Source of the DNA: Antedon mediterranea
Lineage: Eukaryota; Animalia; Echinodermata
Length of the DNA stretch: 64,000 bases
Direction: 5' to 3'
NCBI RefSeq assembly: GCF_964355755.1
Contig: NC_092674.1
Span: 3,410,001 to 3,474,000, forward strand
Within the stretch, counting starts at the first letter, position 1; each line of letters begins with the position of its first letter. Both the position numbers and the translations under genes were made by a program. Below, one piece after another: positions 23,438 to 36,000 of the stretch. The notes beneath the pieces are model-generated. The model did no database searches. It had not been told where the DNA came from and worked only from the letters and a program-made list of their open reading frames with translations.

Positions 23438-26080
23438 ATGATGGATGAATCTGAACCTCAGTTCAATGCGTCTTGGATTACTGCTGATTCTTGCGAAGAC
23501 ACCAATGATGATGAATCACCAATGTTTGTATGTAAGGCATATGTATCTGTTAATGACAGCAAAGAAAAGGTAGCAGACAACCTGAATCAAGAAGTGAACA
23601 CTCAACAAAGCAGCAATCAAGGATTAAGCTTATTACGTGTAGATATCAAAAAAGAACCAGTGTCCATTGTTTGTAATGAAGTATCAATAAATGATACAAG
23701 TGGTCAAATTGATTTTGTACACCAGAACGTTGTGCCAGTCAACGTCCATTCTAGTGAGGATGCTCAACAAAAGTTACCAGACTTTGAATCTCGGATACCT
23801 TATCATTCGTCGTTAACTGCTACAAATTATTGCACAGAATGTGGAAAAAGTTTCTCCTGTAATCGCAGCTTTCGCAGGCATATGTTGGTACACACAGGTG
23901 TGCGACCATTCAGCTGCAAAGATTGCGGGAAAGCATTTTCACGGAAAGATAGCCTTCTTCAGCACGAGAGACGTCATCGTAGAAAAACGACCCACTTTCG
24001 ATTTCAGTGCCGATATTGTAATCTTAATTTTCTGCACAGTCTTCAACTACACAATCATGAACAGACTCACTTCTCATCAGCTTCTAATCAGGGTGAGATG
24101 CAGATACTGAATGACCCTAATGAAAGCTCTCTTGTATGTTTAACCCCTAACTCAAACCTTGAAGCAACCAGCGATACGACACAAAATGACTTAACAAAAC
24201 CGTCAACCGATGAGGAAATGTACAAATGTGAACTTTGCCAGATGATGTTTTCTACACAGTCGTCATTAAGTTACCACATGAAAACGCACACTGCAATGTC
24301 TATGTGTAAATTCTGCGGAATGCTTTTCAGATTTAAGCACAATAAAAAAATCCATATTTTAAAATGCCATAGTAAATTACAGACCAGTTTTCATTACGAG
24401 GCGCTAAGTCGTGATAGATACAGCAACACGACAGATCCGTTTGCAGCGTCTCCTAGTGGTAAAATAAAATCCAACGAGCTGATTTCAAACATTCAATTCT
24501 CGTGTGAATGCGGGATTTCCTTTCCGAATGATTTTAGTTTGCAGAAGCATAAAGAAATGTATCGCTGCCATCCATCTGTTACATTTAGTTCGAGTGGATG
24601 TTTCTACAACTCACCAGGTGCCAGTGGAAATTCCACCAAATCTGTCTATGAAAATTTACCTGATCAACAGATGGTTACGGTAAAAAAAATTCTTTTAATT
24701 TAATTAATTGTGATTGGATATATAACAATATATAAAATATAGAATTTAAAAAGATTAATGATAATAATTTATATAGCGCACATATCCACTAAAATGCTCA
24801 AGGCACTAGAAATTAAGAATAAAACATTCAAGATAAAAAGTTACAAAACATCGACAAATTTAAACAAATATATAAAAATTACAATTATATAACTAAAAAG
24901 TGAAAATACAATTTAACTTGTTTTTTTTAAATAGATGCCAAAGCAAGACGATGCCAGAGAAAATGGTACCACGAATACAATATTGAAGTGTAACGTCTGC
25001 CAATCAAGATTAAAGGCACCTCGAACCCTGCCATGCACTCATTCATTTTGCCACGATTGCCTTGACGGCCATCTTGACAGATCCACGTCTTCTATCAGCT
25101 GCCCAACCTGCCAGTTGGTTATAGTTCTTCCAGATGCTGATATAACCAGCATTCAGCCGAACCAGATGATCAGTACTTTGTTATCGGAGGCAAACAATTC
25201 GGAACAAGAGACTAATCCACTTTGTATTGTGTGTGAAGTCAGTGCTAGTCATCATTGCCAAGAATGTGATGCCTTTATTTGTATAAAATGCTCTAATGCG
25301 CACCTGAAGCTACCTGCCACTAAAGAGCACACTCAGATGTCTTTGGATGAGTACAAGGCTAAAGATCCTAAAGAAAGGATGGCCGGATTGGTTGTCAACT
25401 GCCGAGAGCACAATAGTCCATCACAGTTTTTCTGCACCAGTTGTAAGAAACTGATCTGTGTTGGATGCACATTATTGAAGCATCCAAAAGGTAATGGACA
25501 TGACATTGCCGACCTTAGCTCTGCTTTTCAGTCTTTTTGTACTGTAACTAATCCATTGGTTACAGAGTGTGAAACCCTGGAAAAACGTCTCTGCCTTGCA
25601 ATGGACGAAATCAAATCAAGTGTTGAATGTGGTAAATGGAACAAATACAAATGTCAAGAGTCAATAAAACAGTACTTCTTAAAAGTGAGAGAAGTTGTAG
25701 ATCAAATGCAGGAGAAGCTACTAAATGAAGTAGAAGACTTGACTACAGCTAAACAGGTGGCCACTGACAACGCACTAGAATCACTTACAAGAGAACTTAC
25801 AGATGTCAGAGGAACGACTCTCCTGGCAAAACATTTGATCTCTAGTTCAAATAATGCACTGGCACTAACAATGACCTCTGACCTATCTAATCATCTTGAT
25901 ACGATTCTACAAAAATCACAAGAAACGCCATATATGGAGGAGGCAACAAAGAGGTTAAAGTTCAAACCATGTGAAGACTTCTTGGTGAAAATTCAAGAAA
26001 ATGGGATCGGAAGTTTGGAAGAAACTGAGCAGTTAGATTCTGAAATTAGCAGTGATGTTGTGGTAATAAAAATAGAATGA
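23438..26080 (+). CDS. C2H2 zinc-finger array fused to a TRIM RBCC module (predicted 795 aa, 2 coding exons)
   Basis: Exon 23438-24679 encodes 5-6 C2H2 fingers (TGVRPF linker). A phase-0 donor ACG|GTAAAA and acceptor TTTTTTTTAAATAG|ATG join it to 24935-26080 (C3HC4 RING, B-box1, B-box2, coiled coil). Each ORF alone is high confidence; the join is inferred. Confidence 0.75.
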
Positions 26081-26550
26081 ATCTCAGGGTGAAACTGGGT
26101 AAGACACTACTGTGAACATACGGTAACAGATTCGAATCTAAGATGCAGATTTTGGGTATGGGAGCATTTAATACCTTGTTTATAATTTATACAATTTTAA
26201 AAATAAATTATTTAAAGATGTATTGTCAAAAATTAAGATAATATATAATAAAAACCAGACTTTGAATAAAGCCATTTTTCAGTTTTAATACAGTTAATCA
26301 CTTTTGAGAAAAAAAACCCATTTTTTTTCTGCTCACCATTACCGCTCATCTGTGTAAATTGGGCTTATACAGTAATTGGTTTACACACACTGGGACGCAC
26401 ACAATACTAAATTTTGATGTTGGACGCCCAGTGTGTTCATGGACTTTCACAATGTCACAGAGGTGTATAATAAGTATATTAATGATTAAGCAATCGTAAA
26501 AATGCATAAACTTTGATTTAAAATACAGAGGTGTATTTAACAATCTATTA

Positions 26551-27897
26551 TCTATATATAAATTATGGTTAATTCTGACATAGGCGAGCACAATGCAAAA
26601 ACTTCCGTACAAGTCTCCGCCTTGGATACCTACCTTATCTATCTCAGATGTACCGCGAAACGTAGATTTGATAACATTAGTGTTCACATCGACACTATTG
26701 TTCCATATTTCTATCTTAGGAAGATATTATAAAGAGTTTTTTAACAAAATTTATGATTTCAACATTAGATTTTCATCTCAATTTCAATTCTTCCCGGTCA
26801 AAGTAATTTCCGGGTTTAAGATAAGTTCACCTTGCAACAACCTGGTTTCAAATATTTTCTCTCTTTTATACACAAGGGAGCAGTTAAAATAATAGATTTG
26901 ACCCTAAAGGTGACTGGAAACAGGCACTTTCCATCAATCAATACAGTGTCCCTTTGGAAGAAGAAAAAAAAAATCAGATAGTAGGACTGGAGCTTAAGTT
27001 GGCCATTAGTCATAGCCATTTAAGTTTTTTGTTTATTTTAAAACATACCGCGCGTGTGTGAAGGTACAGTAGTTAAATAATAGAAATTATAATGCAAATT
27101 AATAAAGATCAAATTAAATATTAAAAGAATCAGAATATATTGTGGGTAATAGTATTATAAAATTACATAGGGAGATTTGATGATAAGACATTTTTCGAGT
27201 GAAATCCTGATAGCTGAGTTTTATTGAGTAAGCTTGCAGGAATAACTGTAGGCTATCTTCCTGTGTCCCGTTAGGACCGAGATGTCTGCCCATGTTGCAA
27301 GCCGTAATGTCTTCTTTCTTGGGTCACTCTGTCACGGCAGTTAGTTTCAAAAGATGATTAAATTAAATAATTATTAGGATGGTATTCATTTGAATAAACG
27401 CCTCTCCAATAAAACATCACTTTGAATAATACCCCCCCCCCCCCACCCTCCCCAACTATCTAATAAACGTCCATCCACATATTTATAATAACACAATTAT
27501 ACTATTTGTAGTAGAATTCACCGCACTGTTATCTACAATTTACCAAGCATTTGTTATTCTTTTTTACCAGTTTTCATATCAGAGGATTTCATTTGATTAT
27601 AAATGTTACCAAATTATTAAAACTAAAAAATTTAACATATAGGCCTATCCCTCGAATAAGCATCTCCCTCAAATGACCTCCGTCTCCCCAAAGGGCCCTA
27701 CCAAACAATAAAAACTATACTTTAAAATATTATTAATCATCTAAAACACTGTGAAACAAAGTAGTTTAGTTTTACGAATGTCAAGCATTTTCAATAATGG
27801 TAACCGACAGAAAACGTATAAGGAGAACATTATCATTCCGAGAACCATCGTCTACACTTCCTAGAGGGGGAGCGAGCGAAGCGAGCTCACCCTCTAG
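26551..27897 (+). mobile_element. Non-autonomous Helitron, copy 2
   Basis: A|TC...hairpin...CTAG|T with no TSD; colinear with 4510-5912. Confidence 0.88.
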
Positions 27898-27935
27898 TAG
27901 TATCTAATTTGTAAATTATTTAAATGTAAGAACAT

Positions 27936-28231
27936 AATAATAATATTTCATTCTTATCTAGCGCATATATTCCAGCTTTCAATGCGCTGCACATTATTAC
28001 CCTGTTAATGTTTTGGATCATACACGTATGGAATCATACTCCCATAATAATGCAGCTAGTAATCAGCGCAAAGTTGTGTCTTGATCTGGTACCGGTACCC
28101 ATTTATACACCTGGGTGGAGCGAGGCAAATGTAAGTAAAGTGTCTTGACACAAGCAATGCGGTGAGAGTTTGATTCGAACCACGATCTCGCGATTGGTAA
28201 TCCAACGTCTAACACACTGCGCCACACGCCC
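27936..28231 (-). mobile_element. tRNA-derived SINE with L2-like tail
   Basis: Minus strand: A box TGGCGCAGTGTG, B box GGTTCGAATC, central CTCCACCCAGGTGTATAAATGGGTACCGG; a partial + strand copy lies at ~45800-45950. Confidence 0.8.
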
Positions 28232-28926
28232 TTATAGTACCTAATAACATTAGGTAAGTAGCATAATTTAAGCACCAATCGAATGTACATTAAAAAGACC
28301 AGTAAACATTATTTAAAATAGTTTTTCAACACACACAATTACACATAAACCTGGACACAAAAACCTATTACTTATTTAGGATAAGATGTTTGGTAAGCTG
28401 GGCTTTAATGAAAGACTGATATTGCAGAACTAAGAATTTAATTTACCTGTTTTACCTTCCTAGGTTTTTTAATTGGTGTGTGTTGACAAACTATATGTAT
28501 TTCTGTGATGTGAAAATGAAATAAAAGTTTGAAAACAGAATAAAATTGAATTCTTTTATTATCATAAGGTGTTTGTATTGCTGGTAACATACAAATATTA
28601 CATTAACTATTTTCTACAAATGAATTTCATATTCTAGATTGTGACGGTGGTTAGGCCGCACTACTACAACAGCCTAAACCAAAAGGCCATGAGTTTGAAA
28701 TAACCACCACTCTTTGAGGAGTATTTATTATCTATTATTTCATATATTGCCATTTTTGTAAATGTTATATTGTTTTTTTTTTCTGATGAAAAAAGTTTAT
28801 TATTTTAAATAAATTATATAGTACGTGTGAACCTGAACTTGTTATAGTGATTAGGTTCACTTTTAGTTGCCTGCCTACGTCCTAAGTTTCTATTGTATGC
28901 CTTTAATTTTTAAATAAATCATATAA

Positions 28927-29089
28927 TACAGTGAACCACTATAATATCTCTATGAGTGAATTCTCCCAATACTGAACGCCCTTGGGCCGGCCAAATATAA
29001 GTCCGTGGTATTCAGAAAGTGTTTTTATTAGTACAAATTAATTTAGGATTGAGTTTTCAGAGAGTCCAGTATTGGCAGAGTTGACTGTA
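28927..29089. mobile_element. Degenerate Tc1/mariner-like MITE
   Basis: TA|CAGT...GAGTTGACTG|TA with an internal inverted repeat. Confidence 0.5.
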
Positions 29090-29168
29090 AATGGAGCGTA
29101 TATTTATACCGTCAAAATAAATGTAGTACTATTAATGAACAGGATATACTGTAACTTGTTTGTTCTCA

Positions 29169-29631
29169 CAGTAAAACCCTCCTTTGGGACATTCCTATTC
29201 AGGGCACACTATCCCATGAAGTGAACAATGAGGGGAAATATATGTTACTATAACCACCCAGGTAAACCGAAGTGGACACTTTAGAGGGGCGGTACGGTAT
29301 CCCTTAACACTATAACCACCCAGGTAAACCGAAGGGGGCACTTTAGAGGGGCAGTACGATATCCCTTACCACTATAACCACCCAGGTAAACCGAAGGGGA
29401 CACTTTAGAGGGGCGGTACGGTATCCCTTAACACTATAACCACCCAGGTAAACCGAATGGGACACTTTAGAGGGGCGGTACGGTATCCCTTAACACTATA
29501 ACCACCCAGGTAAACCGAATGGGACACTTTAGAGGGGCGGTACGGTATCTCTTAACACTATAACCACCCAGGTAAACCGAATGGGACACTTTAGAGGGGC
29601 GGTACGGTATTCCTTTAATAGGTTTCTACTG
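29169..29631. mobile_element. Tc1/mariner-like MITE hosting a tandem array
   Basis: CAGTAAAACC...GGTTTCTACTG|TA; unexpanded relative at ~12387-12470. Confidence 0.65.
29248..29618. repeat. 62-bp minisatellite, 6 copies
   Basis: Units start at 29248, 29310, 29372, 29434, 29496, 29558. Confidence 0.95.
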
Positions 29632-29942
29632 TATTGTGTTACACCTTTCATGGATCAGCACTGTACCCCATCTATTTTGTTTCATAATTCAATATTATTT
29701 TTGCATAAATAATAACTTGCAAGGATTTGTTTGTACAGGTAGATGACTAATAGCTACTGTATCCTTATTTAAAATGGACAGGTTTATAATTAATAATCTA
29801 ACCATGTCACCATAGAAACTGTAAACATAAATATCAATGTCATTTTTATAAACAACTTCTTTTCAACGCCTTTTTGATAAATACTACATTTATGCTTCAA
29901 CAGGTTTACCATCATCTAGATGAGGTACTTTATACTTTTTCA

Positions 29943-30271
29943 TTAAAGATGTATTGTCCCCCAGAAACATGACAAATGAAGATTAATTAAATCAGACTTT
30001 GAATAGGTTATTTTGTAGTTTTAATATTAAAAGTTAATTCCTTCTGTAGAAAAAAACTGAAAAAAATAATGTTTTTACTTAAAAATTTAACCAAAATCCA
30101 TTGGCTGGCAGCCAATTTGACGATTTTTTGCTTTAAATTACAGTTTTTTCAGGTATATAATTTTTTTTTATCCAATTTTTGCTCAAAGTGGATAACTATT
30201 AAGTGACATTAAAATGGCATTATCAAAACAAAAAATGTAGGAATTTTTTTAGGCCGACAATACATCTTTAA
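29943..30271. mobile_element. Kolobok-like MITE, subfamily B
   Basis: TTAA|AGATGTATTGTC...GACAATACATCT|TTAA. Confidence 0.85.
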
Positions 30272-31400
30272 CAGATTCTCTACTAACTTACCAGACAATA
30301 TTCTAAATATGTTTATTTATATCTAAAATTCATTTTCACTAATAATAAACTAAAGGACATAACGCAACGCAAGTAATTTGATCAAACGCAAGCGATGGAT
30401 CATCCGGACTGTTGCTTGTGATTGGTCAACTGACTTGCGTTACGTCTCTAGTGGGAACCAAGCTTTACATATCATCACATAAATATACAACTTCTTCATT
30501 CTTTATATACAATTTTCAAAATAAATTTACTGTACTAACATCTCTACAATTAATCTTTATCACATGCAATTATAATAATAATAATATTCATATATTTTAG
30601 CTGATTGCACTTCTTAATTATAATATTGCAAACTTTCAAGAGGAATAATATTTCATTTTTATGAAACATTTTGTATATCAACTATACTACATAATGCATA
30701 GGATTGGAATAAGTAATACATTATTACCAGTAATAATAAATTAATTAGTTTTACTATAGTTATACCATATACCCCCCCCCCCCCCCACCACAACATGAAA
30801 TTGGGCAGACTATACCCTATACCCCAAGGAAACCCTGATTTCAGGTGGAAAAATGATTGGTATACATACATAAAACCAAACTGCCTATAGAGAGAGGCCT
30901 AATATCTGGATCTAAGGTCAATACTGGGACTATACCTGGGGATATGCGGTATTATTAGTAAAATATTAGTAATGGACTAATATATAATAATAATAATAAT
31001 AACCCAATGAGTTATACTATAGTAATAGTCCTCTTACACAGCCCACTTTTATGTAGGAATAACACAATAATAAGATGACCAATCACATGCGAACGCTTAA
31101 GTGTTCCATCGCATTGTGATTGGTCATGACTTGTGTTGCGTCCAGTGGGAACCAAGCTTAAGGTAGGGCCGCCCTTTCAACATATTATTATACTACTACT
31201 GTAGTTAGTTCTATTCTATTTCTATAACTAGATAAAATAAACCATGTCAAAATTAGTCTACTGCAGTTACTGCAGTAACTCAATTTGCATCTTTAAGCTG
31301 TTTATATTTAGCCCCTCCTTTTTGAGTAATCAGAATCAAAATTATCATTATTTCAGCTACTGCCTCATAAAATTCGACATTGAAACTATATAACCATAAC

Positions 31401-31503
31401 AGTGAGTTGCCGAGCGGTTAAGACAGTGGAACCGTAATTACGTAGCCATAACATCGGCAAGGGTTCGAGGCTCACTCGCTCCGTGGTTCTGGTGGTAGAA
31501 CGA

Positions 31504-31537
<34 letters not shown>

Positions 31538-31750
31538 AGTGTACACATAGCTCATGCACACTTTAAAGAACCTAGTACATCTTTCGAGACGAGTAGGGGG
31601 TTACCCCGGTGTACTAGTCCACACAAACACAGCCACTGTCACACACAGCCACTGTGCAAATTGGGACTGGACCGTTTTAGAGGTGTTTACCACCTGTTGG
31701 TCCAGATCCTTCACTAACTGAGTTAGTGAGAAGTCGAATAAATAAAAAAA
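31401..31750 (+). mobile_element. tRNA-derived SINE with Deu/Nin-like central domain
   Basis: A box TGCCGAGCGG, B box GGTTCGAGG; TAAACCGTAGGTCC...TAAAGAACC...GAGTAGGGGGTTACCCCGGTGT resembles the DeuSINE domain (from recall); decayed antisense copy at ~39712-39880. Confidence 0.75.
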
Positions 31751-32270
31751 TGTAAAAAAATACATTAGGGCAGTAAAAAAATGTAGTTACTGCAGTAACT
31801 GCAGTAGAGCAATTTAAAAAAAGTATCTAATATTAATGCTACATTTTTTACAAGTACAATACAATGTCTACAAAAATCAATATACAATACAATATCAAAA
31901 TTAATATTTACAAGCATTCCACTATTAATACCTTCTTTGAGTTTAGCATATGTTAGCATTTCAGTTTAAATTATTATAAATATATATTAATTACGATTAG
32001 CCAGTGAAAAAAAAATTACCATTCAACGGGTTAGTTTAAAATGTTGAATGAATATAAATCACACTTTAATAATTTAAGACAAATTAAAAATATATACAAT
32101 ATAACATTTAAAAAATATGTAAAATATTTAATAGAGAACTATAATGTTTGTTTTTTTTTTTATATTTTTTGTACAATTGTAAAAAGTTCAGACAAGATAT
32201 TATTTCATCATAAGTTACAATTAGAATTATATTTTTAATTATCTAAGAAATAAGGTGGGCCCAGTTGGAG

Positions 32271-32472
32271 GGTGACAACATTAGCACTGTACGATGGGCC
32301 CAGTCAGAGACAGCACCATAAGGTGACAACATTAGCACTGTACGATCGGCCCAGTCAGAGCCAGCACCATAAGGTGACAACATTAGCACTGTACGATGGG
32401 CCCAGTCAGAGACAGCACCATAAGGTGACAACATTAGCACTGTACGATCGGCCCAGTCAGAGCCAGCACCAT
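32271..32472. repeat. 51-bp minisatellite, 4 copies in A-B-A-B order
   Basis: Units alternate GGGCCCAGTCAGAGAC and CGGCCCAGTCAGAGCC. Confidence 0.95.
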
Positions 32473-33058
32473 ACAATAACTCTGTACAGACCATTTTAGA
32501 GGTATAAATTAACAACAACATTGGCTAGACGGGGTGCACCTCTGTTATAGGTGGAAATTTGAGAACTGAAATACACATTTAAGACGTAATTTTCTAGTCC
32601 CCTGAAATATACATCTCTGAATAGGTGTAAAACCACCAAAGGTTTTCTTTAAAAGATGTTAAAAACTAAAGTGGATTTAAAAAGAACTATGATGGATTTA
32701 AAGAGAACTAACCATAGTGTTTTAGGTTTAGATTAAGTTTTGTTTTGTCGTAGGTTCTTGTATCTCGTCATCTGCAACTCAGGACTACAGACTTTAATCA
32801 ACTCTACTTGAAACCCTCAATCGTTGCTTTCTGTTGCATTCCAGATTAATCTGAACAAATCTCCTGTTTCTCTATGTTTAAAGCCTTGTCTACGATGATG
32901 TCATATCACTACCATATTTGGGCATACCACTACTATATGTTGTCACATCACATTTTGTATATCAAACTAGTTTGATAGTGTAGAAAGAGGTTTTGTATCT
33001 TATTAGTAGCTGACCCTGTTTGTCTATTTTTAAAATCTCTGACACACCTCTCTCCCCT

Positions 33059-36000
33059 TCAATCTTTAGATTGTGCTTCGTTACAATGCTGCATCCCAGC
33101 ACAGTAGTGAATCATAAGAAGTCGTAAATCTTCCATTCGTTGTTCACTCTTCTGAATTTTAGAGGCGGTTGACAACTCCCGATTTGAACCCTTTACGGCG
33201 TTGTGCTGTTCCTGTGCAAGGTGCGCACGTTTCAGGGCTTCATGGTCTATCTCTTGTTGCAGTTTATTGATCTGTCAATAACAATCATGATATTGCATTT
33301 TATAGAGTATCACGGTGCTGACATCACGACAGTGGGTGGCGCTGCATGGTTGCTATCGCAACCAAAAATGCGTTCAACCTGCCTGAGTGAGTCCAAGGTC
33401 ACCAATGGTTTTGGAATAGGCTTATTGAAATAGTCATTTTTAAAACATAATAATTTTCAATAAAAACAAACTAAAATTTCAAAAGATCACTAAATATTTA
33501 TTCTTCAACTACAGTTTAAGTTAAAAAAAATCAAGCTAAGATACATAATTTGATAGAAATACAGATCTTTAGAGTTTATCAACATAGTAGCGTTGAACGC
33601 ATTTTTTGGTTGGCTAGCAACCATGCAGAGCTCTCTATCGTCACACCGTGATACTCTATAGGTGGATTGTTGTAGTTTGTGGATCCAGGATTTTTTTATT
33701 TTTAGGGGGAAAGGGGTGGGAGGAGTAATCCTTAAATCATTTACATTGTATTTTTACATTTATATTAACTCTAAGAAAGGTGAGGAGGGTGGGCTTGGCT
33801 GTGAGAGAGTGCTAGATCCACCTATGGATTTTATTTATATATTAACTATTGTAGCGATGAAATAATTAACTAAATGTTTTTTATGAAATATTTTATGTTT
33901 ACCATAATGTCCAACTTGTCTTTCCGTTCATCTATTGGAAGGTCGATGTACAAGTCTCTTCCCAACTGAAATAAAAAAGAGTTTATTAGTTCTCTTGACA
34001 AAAAATGTTTGTTTATTTATTATTAAACAATTTGAAGCACATAGTGATTTGGATAATGATGTGAAAAAAAGTAAAAGTGGAAAGTGATTCTTTACTATTG
34101 TGCTATGATGTCATAGGTATTGTGCTATGATGTCACAGGAACTGTGCTATGATGTCATTGGTATTGTGCTGCTATGATGTCACAGGAACTGTGCTATGAT
34201 ACCATTGGTATTATTGTGCTATGATGTCATAGGTAGTGTATTATGATGTCATAGGTATTGCGCTATGATGTCATAGGTAGTGTACTATGATGTCATTGGT
34301 ATTATTGTACTATGATGTCATTGGTAGTGTGCTATGATGTCATAGATAGTGTGGTATGATATACTCTAGGTAATGTGCTATGATGTCATACTGTAGGTTG
34401 TGTGCTATGATGCCATAAGTGTGATATGTATTGTGCTATGATTTAATACAAAACCGAGTATTATGTATTCATTATAGCTATCATATTGACAGGAACCTCT
34501 AGTTAATTATAGTGGCTATTTAACCCAGTATTGGCATCTTCATAGCTTGGAGCTAAGAGTAAAATTTTAGAAAAATCGGTCGTTGGATGGCCTTGCATAA
34601 TAGCATGTTCCTGTCCACATAAAGTAGCAATTCCATGTGTACAGTATCTCAACTGTCTTTCGTAATATTGACTCTCCCCCTACCTCTCTTGCAGCTGTCA
34701 TAAACATGGCATCGTTATCCATACTTGTTCCATCAGGATCCACTATTTTTCGCAGCTCTTCCTTTAAGTTATGAATGCTTCGTACCAACTCATCCACATC
34801 CTCCTCTTCGTCAGACGATGGGGGCGACCCTGGAGGAGTGGATGCGGGTGATGCGAGAGGTGTGTTCTTAGCCGAGTTTCCAGGTGATATCATTGGGGTA
34901 ACCGACTTTGGAACTTTGAGTTGAATGTCACGTGCCGGGGATTGTAGATCGGATTTGGAACGGCCTAGGAGTCTAAAATTGAATGATTATTTTAAGACCA
35001 TTTAGACGGTAATAAAAAGACTAAAACTTTCACATACAAAAAAAAACCCTTAGGAAATTAAAACAGTGGATGTGAAATTGAAAAGATAAGATCAAAATAG
35101 TCATGCTTTTTGCGTGAAATATCTGAACCATGACTGCTAAACCTTAAAAATGGTTATGAAAGAACTATGATATCATTTTAAAAATGAAAAATAATACGAT
35201 AATAAATTGTAATATTCAAACACAAAGAGGAACAAACTTCAATGCACCTTTTTGTGAAATCATATTAGCGGATTAAAAAAATATGAACCAAAATGCTTTA
35301 AAAGTATGCATGTCATAGAAACAAATAGTTGAAATAATGTAGAGGGCTCACTTACATATCACACGGCATCTTGGCCTGCGTTTTTTCTGAACATTTTTTG
35401 TGACAAATCAGCTTACATACTTTGCATTGGAACGCATACTTTGTCCAAACCTAAATACAGTAATGATGACAATATTACAGTTTAAATTAGTTTTAGTTGC
35501 ACTTACTGTCTTTGGTGTCCACGCCACAAATTAGTGAAATAATTGGTGAGGTTAAATTGACATGAATCGCCCGTTTATCTGGCATAATTAATATTATCTG
35601 GCATATTAATTATATGATAAACTTGAATCATTATATCTCTATGCTTAAATCTAATGTTTGTTGTGGAGCAACATACAACATCATACAAAATGTGAGACCC
35701 GGTGTGTGATACTAAATAAAATATTTTTTATCTTTGCGTTATTGTTACTTGTAGAACATTACCTTTTTATTGCAAAAGCCACATCTAGTTTGAACAGCAA
35801 ACTGCGTACCTACAAACACATGGCGTTTTGTTGACACCAAGCTGAAGAAACAATAAGCAAAGCACAATAAACACACAAGGTCAAATTTCCTTGTAGAAAG
35901 CTTGTTATAGAAGTGAAAACTTTAAGGTAGGCCTACATATTCAACACATGTTGATTACAAGTAGCAGTGTTAGTGTCAGAGTTCAAATTTCCTTGTTAAA

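Noticed and set aside
4510-27897. Segmental duplication marking a fourth laccase at ~26.5-27.9 kb
   Set aside because: The shared sequence is bounded by Helitron termini; no laccase exons are present there.
29248-29618. CRISPR-like array
   Set aside because: Whole 62-bp units repeat with no unique spacers, there are no cas genes, and the context is eukaryotic.
31401-31480. tRNA gene
   Set aside because: A and B boxes run into a SINE body; no proper cloverleaf. The same applies to 28160-28231 and 53830-53898.
32243-32521. Repetitive ORFs on both strands
   Set aside because: By-product of a 51-bp repeat (a multiple of 3); the same holds for ORFs in 38999-39373, 48077-48271 and 198-553.
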